Positions 1 to 12,210 of a DNA stretch of 64,000 nucleotides are shown here, piece after piece. The position numbers and the translations under genes were made by a program. A model generated the notes under the pieces. It was given only the letters and a program-made list of their open reading frames with translations. It was not told the DNA's origin and made no database searches. Source of the DNA: Octopus sinensis (taxonomy: Eukaryota); assembly GCF_006345805.1 (NCBI RefSeq), contig NW_021833433.1, forward strand, positions 1-64,000, given 5' to 3'. Position 1 is the stretch's first letter. Each line of letters opens with the position of its first letter.

Positions 1-214
1 AATTATGTGTGTGTGTGTGGACATACAATGTGTATATAAATGTATTCCTTCTGTATATCTAATTTCTATTTATATATATTCATCATCATCATCATCGTTT
101 TAACGTCCGTTTTCCGCGCTAAACGATGATGATGATATATATAAATGTACACACCACACATAATTCTAATTTAACAATGGAGAAACATCGAAGTGTGAGT
201 ACATGTATGTGTAA

Positions 215-278
<64 letters not shown>

Positions 279-375
279 TAGGGGGAGGAGTTTACGAAAA
301 AAAACCAAAGACGAAGACAGGTGGTGTTACAAAACAAACAGATGTATTAGTATAATGCTCAGGAATAGAAAAAGT

Positions 376-411
376 CTTTTACGTTTCGAGCCTACGCTCT
401 TCGACAGAAAG
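376..411 (-). ncRNA. Putative minimal type I hammerhead ribozyme (core variant CUGUCGA)
   Basis: Minus strand reads CTTT CTGTCGA A GAGC-GTAG-GCTC GAAAC GTA^AAAG: helix I CUUU/AAAG, helix II GAGC/GCUC, palindromic ACGU helix III, GUA cleavage triplet. Confidence 0.55.
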
Positions 412-626
412 GGACACAGAAAAAAAAACAAGGAGAGAAAAAATGTGTAGTGGCTAACAATCTATCGTGGCGACCACACAAACACACAGAAGGACTTATG
501 TTTACTTGTGTACACTATAGATAGATAGATAGATAGATACGGAGAGTTTACGGGAAAAAAACAAAAGACAAAGACAGGTGGTGTACAAACAGATGTATTA
601 GTATAATGCTCAGGAATAGAAAAAGT

Positions 627-662
627 CTTTTACGTTTCGAGCCTACACTCTTCTACAGAAAG
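627..662 (-). ncRNA. Putative minimal type I hammerhead ribozyme, second tandem copy
   Basis: CTTT CTGTAGA A GAGT-GTAG-GCTC GAAAC GTA^AAAG. Differs from copy 1 only at the variable N7 position and by one G-U wobble in helix II. Confidence 0.5.
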
Positions 663-699
663 GGACACAGAAAAAAACAAGGAGAGAAAAAAAAAAAAT

Positions 700-942
700 A
701 TATATATATATAACATACACACACACACATAAATTAGCCATATAGAAATAATTTATTCATACATGTATCTATGTATGTATACGTCCACAAATTCAAATTT
801 AACAATGAGAATTACACACACACACACACACATACACACATCCATTACACAATAAGTTCAAATTAGACGGTGCGTATATCATGTTGATAAAGTCTTCGAC
901 GATATTTATCAATTCCGAAATCATATAAATATATATATATAG

Positions 943-984
<42 letters not shown>

Positions 985-1743
985 TATATATGTATATATA
1001 TGTATATATATATGTATATATATGTATATATGTATATATGTGTGTGTGTATATATGTATGTTTATATGTATATATGTGTATGTTTACATACATACATGTA
1101 TATATATGTATGTTTATATGTATATGTATGTTTATATGTATATATGTGTGTTTATATATGTATATATGTGTGTGTGTGTGTGTGGTGCAGGTATGTTTGT
1201 GTACATATATTTATAAACTGTTACACTCATTCACATTCACCCCCCTAATGTAGTGTCACAGACAGCAGCCATACATGTGAGTGTGTGTGTGTGTTGTGTG
1301 TGTGTTCATATAAACATACATTGGCGGCGAACACTCTTCACTCGCCCAGGCCCCACGCCCCACACATGCAGCATCAACAACTGTAGTAGTATATGTAGTA
1401 TAGCTATCCATATCTATATATCTTATCTATATCTCGCTTTTTTACGAACACACACACACATATCTATATATATATATATATATATAAATATCTCCTGTCT
1501 TCCTGTTTCACACAAATGTATATGCATGCACTTAAATATACATATATGTATGTGTATATATACATACATACATACATACATACATACACACCACAGGATT
1601 GTGTACACTTTTTTATAAACAATACACACATGCACAAATACATATACGCATACCCTTAAATATACATATGAATATATGTGTGTGAATCCATATATATATA
1701 TATATATCTATCTATATATATATATATACACACACACATATAT

Positions 1744-1791
<48 letters not shown>

Positions 1792-1940
1792 CACACACAG
1801 TTTCTCAACCATACACACTGAACTTCACATATAGCAACAGCCTCAACTGTAATCAATGCATAATTACACACACACACACACACGTGTACATATATACATA
1901 TATTTATAAACATATATCTCATTTTATACACTTTTATGAT

Positions 1941-1977
<37 letters not shown>

Positions 1978-2291
1978 ATATAATTATGTGTGTGTATGTA
2001 TGTATGTATTTATATACTTACATATTTAAATACATTTGTGTAAATATATAAGTATATATATATATAATAATATATATATATATATATGTGTGTGGGTGTG
2101 TGTGTGTGTATAATTATGTGTGTGTATGTATGTATGTATGTATATATATACTTACATATTTACATACATTTATGTAAATATATAAGTATATATATATATA
2201 TATGTGTGTGTGTATATATACACACACACATCTATTTACACACATGTGTATCTATCTTTCTCGCTCTCTATCTATCTATCTATCTATCTTC

Positions 2292-2323
<32 letters not shown>

Positions 2324-2340
2324 TAAAATCTCACACAGAT
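700..2340. repeat. Compound microsatellite field (TA, CA, TATG)
   Basis: Long (TA)n, (CA)n and (TATG)n runs; source of many Y/I/C/V-rich spurious ORFs. Confidence 0.95.
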
Positions 2341-2529
2341 ACACGCACACACACACACAGAGGAGTCTATTTACACTCACCCTGTAACGGAGTTGACAAC
2401 ACCAATAGCAGTATGTGTAGTAGTAGCAGTGGTGAGGGTTATGCAATTGCTCTCACACCACACGTTGCAGTCGACTGGAAAATGTGAGGAACTGAGGCAA
2501 CAGACAGTGTGTCGGAGACAACAGCAGCA

Positions 2530-2861
2530 GCCGCTATAGTAGTAGTAGTAGTAATAGTAGTAATAGTAGGGGGTGGTGGTGGTGGTGGGGGTGGTAGTAG
2601 TAGCATTAAGGCTTGTAACAGCGGCAGCAGTAATTGAAGTGGTGGTGGCGGTGGTGGTAGTTCTGCCGGGTGGGAGGGTGGGTACTATAGCGATGATAGT
2701 GATGTTAATGATGATGATGATGATGATGATGATGATGTTGATGTTAGTGATGTTGATGATGATGATGATAGCACTGATGATGATGATGGTGATGATGATA
2801 ATGATGTTGATGGTAGTGATGTTGATGATAGCACTGATGATGATGATGGTGATGATGATGG

Positions 2862-2892
<31 letters not shown>

Positions 2893-3260
2893 GGTGATGG
2901 TGATGGTGATGATGATGATAGTGATGATGATGGTGATGATGATAGTGATGATGATGGTGATGATGATGGTGATGATGATGATGGTGATGATGATAGTGAT
3001 GATGGTGATGATGATGGTGACTATAATGATGTTGATGACAATGGCAATAAATCAGTAGTAGTAGTAGTAGTAGCAGCAGCAGCAGCAGTAGTAGTATTGG
3101 TGGTGGTGGTGGTATTAGTAGTGGTCATAGTTGTATTAGAAGTGATGGTAGTAGTTGTAGTAGTACAGTTTATATCAGTAGTGATTGTAGTAGTAGCAGT
3201 AGTAGCTATAGTTGTAGTAATATAGGTAGTAGTGTTTGTATCGGTAGTGGTCGTAGTTTT
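2530..3260. repeat. Trinucleotide tract (GAT/GGT/GTA)n
   Basis: Directly visible; gives a poly-Met/Val ORF. Confidence 0.95.
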
Positions 3261-3344
3261 ATTAGTAGTAACAATGAAGCTTAACGCCCACCAATCCAAC
3301 CGTGACCAACCCAGTACCACGTTATCCGCGTAACATAAAACAAA

Positions 3345-6213
3345 ATGAGATTTACGGGAGATTTGGCTTTTATATCTACAAGGTCTAGCTACAACGATGG
3401 GCTCACACACACACACCATCTATATGAGACAGTAAGATGTGATTTGAGGACAATTTGGCTGCTATTTCTACCAAGTCAAACAACTATGTACATGTTTCCC
3501 TCATATATACATATATACACAAATAAGAAAGTAGGGTGTGATTTTAGGGAGATTTGGCTGTTATTTCTACCAGGTCTAGCTACAACGATGGGCTCACACA
3601 CACACACACATCTATGAGAGAGTAAGATGTGATTTGAGGACAATTTGGCTGCTATTTCTACCAAGTCAAACAACTATGTACATGTTTCCCTCATATATAC
3701 ATATATACACAAATAAGAAAGTAGGGTGTGATTTTAGGGAGATTTGGCTGTTATTTCTACCAGGTCTAGCTACAACGATGGGCTCACACACACACACACA
3801 TCTATGAGAGAGTAAGATGTGATTTGAGGACAATTTGGCTGCTATTTCTACCAAGTCTAACAACTATGTACATGTTTCCCCATATATACATATATACACA
3901 AATAAGAATAAAAGTAAGGTGTTTGATTTTAGGGAGATTTGGCTGTTTATTTCTACCAGGTCTAGCTACAAACGATGGGCTCACACACACACACACATCT
4001 ATGAGAGAGTAAGATGTGATTTGAGGACAATTTGGCTGCTATTTCTACCAAGTCTAAAAAATATGACATGTTTCCCTCATATATACATAATACACAAATA
4101 AGAAGTAGGGTGTGTGATTTTAGGGAGATTTGGCTGTTATTTCTACCAGGTCTAGCTACAACGATGGGTCCACACACAACACACATCTATGAGAGAGTAA
4201 GATGTGATTTGAGGACAATTTGGCTGCTATTCTACAAGTCTAAACAACTATGTACATGTTTCCTCATATATACATATATACACAAATAAGAAAGTAGGGG
4301 TGTGATTTTAGGGAGATTTGGCTGTTATTTCTACCAGGTCTAGCTACAACAATGGCTCACACACACAGACATCTATGAGACAGAGGATGTGATTGGAGGA
4401 CAATTGGCTGCTATTTCTACCAAGTCTAACTACTATGTAGAGGTTCCCTCATTCGCTCATACATATATACACAATAAGAAAGTCGGTGTGTTTGATTTAG
4501 GGAGATTTTGGCTGCTATTCTACCAGGTCTATACAACGATAGGCTCACACACACACACACACCATCTATGAGACAGTAAGATGCAATTTGAGGCAATTTG
4601 GCTGCTAGTTCTACCAGGTCTACTACTACCAGATGTTCCTCATTCGCTCATACATATAACACAATAGAAAGTGGTGTGATTAGGAGATTTGGCTGCTATT
4701 TCTACCGGTCTAGATTACAAACAATGGGCTCACAACACACCACACATCTATGAGAGAGTAGATTGTGATTTGAGAACAATTTGGCGGCTATTTACCAAGT
4801 CTAACAACTATGTACATGCTGTTCCCTCATATATACATATATACACAAATAAGAAAGTAGGGTGTGATTTTAGGGAGATTTGGCTGTTATTTCTACCAGG
4901 TCTAGCTACAACAATGGGCTCACACACACAGACATCTATGAGACAGTAGGATGTGATTTGAGGACAATTTGGCTGCTATTTCTACCAAGTCTAACTACTA
5001 TGTAGAGGTTTCCCTCATTCGCTCATACATATATACACAAATAAGAAAGTCGGGTGTGATTTTAGGGAGATTTGGCTGCTATTTCTACCAGGTCTAGCTA
5101 CAACGATAGGCTCACACACACACACACACATCTATGAGACAGTAATATGTGATTTGAGGACAATTTGGCTGCAATTTCTACCAAGTCTAACTACTATGTA
5201 GATGTTTCCTCATTCGCTCATACATACATATATACACAAATAAGAAAGTAGGGTGTGATTTTAGGGAGATTTAGCTGCTATTTCTACCAGTTTTACCTAC
5301 AACGTAGAGGACTCCCTCATTGACTCATACATAGATGAGACAGTAATGTGTGCCTAGAGGGAAATTTGGCTGCTATGGTTCGACTATGTTGTAGAGGGCT
5401 CCTTCATTGGCTCATATATACATACTTAAGGCAGGAAGGTGTGATTTGAGGAAGATTTGGTTGCTATTTCTACGTCTAGCTATCACGTAGAAGCCTTCTT
5501 CATTGGCTCATACGTACAGGTAAGACAGCAAGATGTGATTTGAGGGAGATTTGGCTGTTATTTCTATCAGGTCTGCTTCATTAGTTCATTCATATATAGA
5601 CACATAAGACTGTAGGGCGTGATTTGTAAGAGATTTGGCTGCTATTTCTAACAGGTGTAGCTACCACATAGAGGTCGCTGTCATTGGCTCATATATATAC
5701 ATATATATATAAGTCACACGTGAAAAGCATGATTTGAGGGAGATTTGGCTGCTATTTCTACCTGGTCTAGTTATCATGTAACAATCTCTATAATTCATAC
5801 ACATATGTACATAAGACAGAAGGGTATTGATTTGAGGGAGATTTAGCTGCTATTTCTAACAGGTGTATCTAGCAAGTAGCAGTCTCCTTCATTGACTCGT
5901 ACACATATAAGACAGTAGGAATACGAGTTGAGGGAGATTTGGCTGCAATTTCTAACAGGTCAGCATCCATTCAGAAATCTCCATCACCAGCTCATAGATA
6001 AGACAATAGGTTGTGATTTTGAGGGAGATTTGGGGGCTATTTCTACCAGGTCTAGATACCATGTAGAGGTATCCTTCATTGGTTCATATAGAAATACATA
6101 CATATAATAAATAAGACAGTATGGTGCGACTTTTGTGGGAGATTTGACTGCTATTTCTAAAAAGTCTATCTACCATACAGGGGTCTTAGTCTTTGACACA
6201 CACACATATACGC

Positions 6214-6250
<37 letters not shown>

Positions 6251-6445
6251 AGATATTAAGGTGAAATTTAGGGGAGAGTTTGGCTGCTATTTCTAACAGG
6301 TCTAGTTACCACACAGAGGTCTCAGTCACTGACTCATACAAACACACACACACACACATATACATAAACACACACACACACACATACATACATAAGACGG
6401 TAAGGTGTGATTTCAGGGAGATTTTGACTGCTGTTTCTAGCACGG
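3345..6445 (+). repeat. Satellite array: ~190-bp dimeric unit (two ~95-bp subunits) grading into diverged monomers
   Basis: Identical ORFs 3476-3673 and 3666-3863 give period 190. Subunit cores are gggagatttggctgttatttctaccaggtc and ggacaatttggctgctatttctaccaagtc. Homogeneous to ~5290, diverged thereafter. Confidence 0.95.
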
Positions 6446-7049
6446 GAAACAGACTCTGTTGAGAGATCTCCCACGTTGTCTCACACATACATGTTGTTGA
6501 TGGTGGTGGTAGTGGTGGTGGTGGTGGCGGTGGTGAAGTAGCAAGTGTATGCGAGGTGGGGGGGTGGGGGTGGCGGTGTTGTTGCTACACTAAAAATAGT
6601 GGTGGCGATGGCGATGGTTGTGGTGGTGGTGGTGGTGTAGAAGCCGGAATACTTAAAGAGGATGAGGCAGTAGCAGTTTAGTGATGCGAGTGATGGTGGG
6701 AGGAGAGATGCAATACTACTGTAGTAGTAGCAGCAGCGAGTCACAGCTCCAATGCTAAAAACATCAGTAGTAGTAGTAGTAGTAGGATGACAGAAGCAAT
6801 CACAGCAGCACCATCATCACCACTGTCCACACGATACATAGACTTGAATATATTTATATACACAAAGGTGTGCATGTGTGTGTATATATATATACATGTA
6901 TATATGCGTGTGTGGGAATGGGTATATGTGTGTATTTTCATATATATGCCTATGTGTGTGTATTTTATATACATACATGTGTGTGTTTGTATGGGTATGC
7001 TAATGTGTATGTCTATGTGTAGATATATATGTGTGTGTGTATGTCAGAG

Positions 7050-7320
7050 TGAGTGTGTGTATGTGACTGTGAGACAGTGTGTGTGTGTGTGAGCGGTTGA
7101 GTGTGTGTGTAAGTGTGTGAGTGGTTGAGTGTGTGTGTGTGTGAGCAGTTGAGTGTGTGTGTGAGCGGTTGAGTGTGTGTGTGTGTGTGTGAGCGGTTGA
7201 GTGTGTGTGTGTGTGTGAGCAGTTGAGTGTGTGTGTGTGTGTGAGCGGTTGAGTGTGTGTGTGTGAGCAGTTGAGTGTGTGTGTAAGTGGTTGAGTGTGT
7301 GTGTGTGTGAGTGATTGAAT
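7050..7320 (+). repeat. Minisatellite (GT)n-GAGC(G/A)GTTGA, ~20-bp unit
   Basis: About 11 visible copies of gagcggttga/gagcagttga separated by (GT)n. Confidence 0.85.
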
Positions 7321-8263
7321 GTGTGCGAGTGTGTGTATGTGTGAGTCTGTGTGTGTGTGTGTGTGTGTATGCGCGAGTGTGTGTATGTGAGTATGTATAT
7401 GCGAGTGTGTGTGTCTATATATATAATGTATGTCTGTAAGTTTGTGTGTGCATGTATTATACACGCATGTGTGTGCATATATATCAGCCGAACATTGTAA
7501 GATGATCTGGTTCTTGACTGATGACTGAGGGGCTTCGAATGTCCCGTCCTGTGGTTCGTGTGTCGTCTCTGTGGTGTTTCATGTTCTTGTCCATGTCTGT
7601 AATTATTTTACTGTTTACCTATATATATAGATATATACATATATATATATATATTATATATATATATACACGTGTGTGTATGTATGTATATATATATGTG
7701 TGGATATATATGTTATATGGTAGGGGGGGCTGAATGTGTGTGTGTGCTCCTCCATCATCATACAACCATTTAGCACAAACCCCCCCACTACTCCTCTCTG
7801 CAAATCTTCCCCCACAACCCCTGTCAACACCCCACCACCCCCCTCTCCCACCCTCCAACGTTTTAAGCTCCCTAAACACCCACCACCACCACCACCACCA
7901 CCACCACCACAACTACTATCAAGAGATTAGAGAGAGAGAGAGAGAAAGGAGAAAGCAGATAGAGGGAGAGAATAGGAGAGAGGAATAACAAGGAGGCAGA
8001 GGGGGAGGAAGTCAAGACAGAAAGGCGGGGTTGGGGGGGTAAGGAAGAAATCAGAGACAGACAGAGAGAGAGAGAGGAGGGGTAACAGATAACTATACCA
8101 AGAACACTACTCCACTCCACTCCACTCCACTCCACTCCACCCTCACTCACACACATTTCCACTGGCACTCAAGTCAGCCAGCATCTTCTGGTGAAGGAGG
8201 CGGGTGGGGGAGGAGGAGTAGCAGGGTGTTACATGTGCGCGTGTTGTGTGTGTGTGTGTGTGT

Positions 8264-8297
<34 letters not shown>

Positions 8298-8648
8298 GGT
8301 GTGTAGATTGTCGTATGGTGGTGATGGTCGGGGTTGGAGGTGGGGGGGGGTTTGAGTCACAGATGCACAGATACAGAGACAGCTTTTCAAAGACAGGTAG
8401 AGAGAGAGATTGAGAGGTGTGTGTATGTGTGAGCTTGTATGCTTTTGTTTGTGTGTGTGTGTGTGTGCGTCCATATGGCTGTGATGTAGATAAATGGGTA
8501 GACAGAGCGATGGGTAGATAGATGAAGAGATAAGATTTACTGATAAATAGCTAGATTAGATTAGATGAGATTAGAGAGAGATGTCCAGTGAGAGAAAGAG
8601 AGAAGGTCAGTGAGAGAGAGAAAGATAGAAAGGAAGAGCAAAAGAGAG

Positions 8649-8686
<38 letters not shown>

Positions 8687-8749
8687 TAAAAAAGATAGTG
8701 AGGGGAAAGTGGCAAAAGAAAGAGCAAAAGGGAGAGAGATGGCATGAGA

Positions 8750-9200
8750 GAGAAAGAGAAAAGTAAATAGCCAGAGAGAAAGAGAGAGATAGCCAGAGAG
8801 AAAGAGAGAGATAGTCAGAGAGAGAGAGATAGTCAGAGATACAGAGAGAGAGAGAGAGAGTCAGAGAGAAAGAGAGAGAGATAGCCAGAGAAAGAGAGAG
8901 AGATAGTCAGAGATACAGAGAGAGAGAGAGAGAGTCAGAGAGAAAGAGAGAGAGATAGTCAGAGATACAGAGAGAGATAGAGTGAGAGAGAGATAGTCAG
9001 AGATACAGAGAGAGATAGAGTGAGAGAGAGATAGTCAGAGATACAGAGAGAGAGAGATAGCCAGAGAAAGAGAGAGAGATAGTCAGAGAGAGAGAGATAG
9101 TCAGAGAGAGAGAGAGAGAGAGAGCCGAAAAGATAATCAGAGATACAGACAGAGAGAGAGAGATACCCAGAGAGAGAGGGAGACAGATAGCTAGAGAGAG
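8750..9200 (+). repeat. AG-rich minisatellite (gagagagatagtcagagataca)
   Basis: Repeated tagtcagag/tagccagag units embedded in (GA)n. Confidence 0.85.
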
Positions 9201-9465
9201 TGAAAGAGAGAGCCAAAAAAGTCGGAAAAACGAAATAGATGCATTGATAAACACAGAAGCCAATGTAAACAACAACAACAACAACAACAAGTAGGGTGCG
9301 TATATAAGGATTATGATTCTTATTCTTTTCCATAGGTGAGTATATGACACGAAGCGCATGCGCACATGTGTGCAGCGTGAAAAGTTACAGATGCATATAA
9401 CTGTGACATCACATTGTACCCCGACCAGGAGGTGACTTCACCTGTCTGTCAGAGCCCTATGACAT

Positions 9466-9680
9466 GTGGCTGTGTGGTAAGAAGTTAGCTTCCTAGCTAC
9501 ATGGCTACAGGTTCAGTCCCCCCATGTGGTACCCCGAGCAAGATTTTTATCTCTCCAATAATTTTGAATCAGCCAAAGCCTTGCGAGAGGGGATTTGGTA
9601 GATGGAAACTTGAAAGAAGCCCATTATATTATTACTCTTTTACTTGTTTCACTCATTTGACTGTGGCCATGCGGGAGCAC
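9466..9680 (+). mobile_element. Degenerate SINE family A fragment plus inverted family A tail
   Basis: gtggctgtgtggtaag...ggttcagtcc...ggatttggtagatggaaacttgaaagaagccc; reverse tail at ~9632-9680. Confidence 0.75.
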
Positions 9681-10111
9681 AACAAAATTTAAAAGCTGGC
9701 CATCTTTCTTTCTTTCTATTGTAGCTGGAACAAGGAAGACGTGTTCTTGTCTGTCTCCTGTCCAAGCTTGAATTATGCGTTCGCCACTACAACCTCATTT
9801 AGGTTTAGCAGCCCTTCCTGTTTGTTTTCACTGTCCTGTTTCTGTTACCAATTTTGACCCTCTGCAAAATCCCAAATTTTATTTGATTTGCTTTGCAGGA
9901 GCAACTGTTTTATCGAAAGCATATATTATTGTTAAATGCCGAAATACGAGACTAGAAAAAAACCGACAACCAATAAAACTGAAAGGGTCGTTCTTTTTAT
10001 GTTGTTTGTCTTGTTTTCCATTGTGTCTTTCATTGTTTGGCAAAATAGTTCATATTCCATGTACTTGTACTTCATATTTTTTGTTGTAACAATTTCATAT
10101 TATATATATGT

Positions 10112-10154
<43 letters not shown>

Positions 10155-10321
10155 ACGTGGTAAAGCAAATCTTTGCTGAACCCTATTTAAAGTGTATATA
10201 TAGTAAAGTGTATATATAAATATAATATAATATATAGATATATAATATATATATATATATATATTTATATATACACACACGTATAGATGTAAGTATGTAC
10301 TATATGTATGTGTATATATGT

Positions 10322-10520
10322 GACCTCGTGAGTACCGCTGGCGATTTTTTCCTCTGTCTTCCCTTCTCGTGATCTTTCCTTCTCCTATGTTTCCGACGAA
10401 GAGCTCCGCTCGAAACGTTAACCTCCTTCTTCCTTCTTTCCTTCCTGAGCGTCCAATAATACTTCATTTGTTCCACGTCCTTGGCGTTGTTTGTTTTTGT
10501 TTTTTTTGTGTTTTTCTTGT
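10322..10520 (+). mobile_element. Hammerhead-bearing repeat family H2
   Basis: Matches 63307-63505 in reverse complement. Contains GTTT CCGACGA A GAGC-TCC-GCTC GAAAC GTT^AAC at 10389-10422. Confidence 0.55.
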
Positions 10521-10560
10521 TTGGATTAACTATATATTATATATATGTATATATATATAA

Positions 10561-10758
10561 CGGGAAGGTTTACGAACATAAACAAAAGACGAAGGCAGGT
10601 GGAGTACAAACAAACAAATGTATTAGTATGACGCTCAGGAATAGAAATAGAACAAGTCTTTTACATTTCGAGCCTACGCTCTTCGACAGAAAGATACACA
10701 GAAAAAAAACAAGGAGAGAAAAAATATGCGTGTAGTAGCTAACGATCTATCATGGCAT
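10561..10758 (-). mobile_element. Hammerhead-bearing repeat family H1, third copy
   Basis: Same sequence as 282-476; motif CTTT CTGTCGA A GAGC-GTAG-GCTC GAAAT GTA^AAAG at 10658-10693. Confidence 0.55.
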
Positions 10759-10856
10759 ATATATATATATGTGTGTGGGTATATATATATATATATATAT
10801 TATATGGTTGAATGCCACACATCCTCTTCCAAGTAAGTTTTATCTATCTATTTATA

Positions 10857-10986
10857 TATATAATTATATCAAGGGAGATCAAGCGAAAACGACCTTTCTC
10901 CAGCATGCTTGAAGTTCCAATACCTTCAAGAACTACCAAAAACCCCAGCTAAAATAAACACATGGCTACCTTGATATAATTATATA
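10857..10986. mobile_element. 130-bp element with perfect 18-bp terminal inverted repeats (MITE-like)
   Basis: tatataattatatcaagg (10857-10874) and ccttgatataattatata (10969-10986); internal 7-bp hairpin cttgaag/cttcaag. Confidence 0.45.
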
Positions 10987-11079
10987 CATATGTACATTAT
11001 TCCTAATTTAATGTATTAATTGCCTATAAATTTTTATAGCATGCTGACTACTTGATAAAATCATTAACATGATTTTTAT

Positions 11080-11125
<46 letters not shown>

Positions 11126-11154
11126 ACATATATAAAAGAGACAACACAGGAAAA

Positions 11155-11330
11155 TGATTATGTTATGAACTTCATTGGCTTGTGGCTGTTTCTGCTATAA
11201 GATGTAATGGTCTCTTAGATGAGTGCCTGAATAATGTCCCGTAGCTTCATCAGAGTCTCGAATATGAAGTGCAATTTCTTTGGGAAAGAATTAACTTTGT
11301 GAAACATCTGTATATTGAGGTCTACACCAG
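11155..11330 (-). mobile_element. Family H3 copy (degenerate hammerhead)
   Basis: ttatgaacttcattggcttg..gctgtttctgctataag...tagcttcatcagag...tgaagtgcaat. The CTGATGA..GAAAC core is retained but the GUA cleavage triplet is mutated. Confidence 0.45.
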
Positions 11331-11510
11331 GTTCTTAGTCTTGCAATGCCTAAGCGAAATATATAAACATGTACATGTATCTGTGAGTGTGTGTGAGAGA
11401 GGATGTTATTCAGGCATTCAACCATGGGTCCACTGCATTTTATAGCAGAACAACTGTAAGCAAATGAATTTCATAACATGACCATCATTGTTACTGTGTC
11501 ATCTCTTTTT

Positions 11511-11545
<35 letters not shown>

Positions 11546-12210
11546 AATATTGAATTTCTAAATATCTCATAGAGATATGTACGGTGGTGTGGCGATAGAA
11601 TGGTTGTATACTGTCAATTTAGCGTGACAGTAGGGGATTACACCACCGCTGTTTAGCCCTAGGAAGCATCAATGCCTCCTGATGGCTTCGAAACATTTTT
11701 CCTGTGTCCTTATATATTTACGAAGAGGAGACAAATATATATATATATATACTAGCAGCTAAGCCCAGTTTCACCCGGTTGGTTTGGATGGTGTGGCTGT
11801 AAAACCTGTTCTGTGTAAGCATTCGAATTGTTTGGGCACGCTTACAGAGAAGCTTGGATTTGGTCATTCAACGACATCTGCATACCATTGGAAAAGTCAG
11901 CAAATTGGGTCAATGGGTTCTCTGCAAATTTTCCCAGTCTAATTGCACGTAGAGAGTGAATGTGTGCTCTTCTTTGCTGTCACAGCTCACAAATGAACCT
12001 TTTTTGGACCGTATAGTGACTGGTGACTAGAAATGAGTTCTCTATGAAAATGTCAAGCATCGAAGACAGTGGGTAGAGAAAGGAGAAACAACCACATATG
12101 GTGTTGTTATCTGTTTGGTGGGATGTGAAAGATTTAGTCCACTTTGAACTTTTAAACCCAAACCAAACAATACGAAAGGCGATTTTCTGAGAGCAGCTTG
12201 AGTGGCTTAA

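Larger units (their letters stand above)
282..700 (-). mobile_element. Two tandem copies of hammerhead-bearing repeat family H1 (Penelope/retrozyme-like)
   Basis: ~282-476 and ~541-700 share gagtttacg..aaagacgaagacaggtggtg..gtattagtataatgctcaggaatagaaaaagtcttttacgtttcgagcctac.ctcttc.acagaaagggacacag; a third copy lies at 10561-10758. Confidence 0.6.

Noticed and set aside
2345-2540. Minus-strand donor CAGG|GTGAGT near 2380 with a possible acceptor
   Set aside because: No frame resembles BACK or Kelch sequence; cannot be supported as an exon.
3345-6445. CRISPR-like appearance of the 190-bp, 132-bp and MITE arrays
   Set aside because: The intervening sequences are themselves repeated rather than unique spacers, no cas genes are present, and the context is eukaryotic.
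7500-7560. Hammerhead-like CTGATGA..CTTCGAATGTC
   Set aside because: Has GAAT rather than GAAA and no convincing helices I/II; at best a degenerate relic.
11680-11710. cctgatggcttcgaaac motif
   Set aside because: Core lacks A9 and there is no room for helix II.
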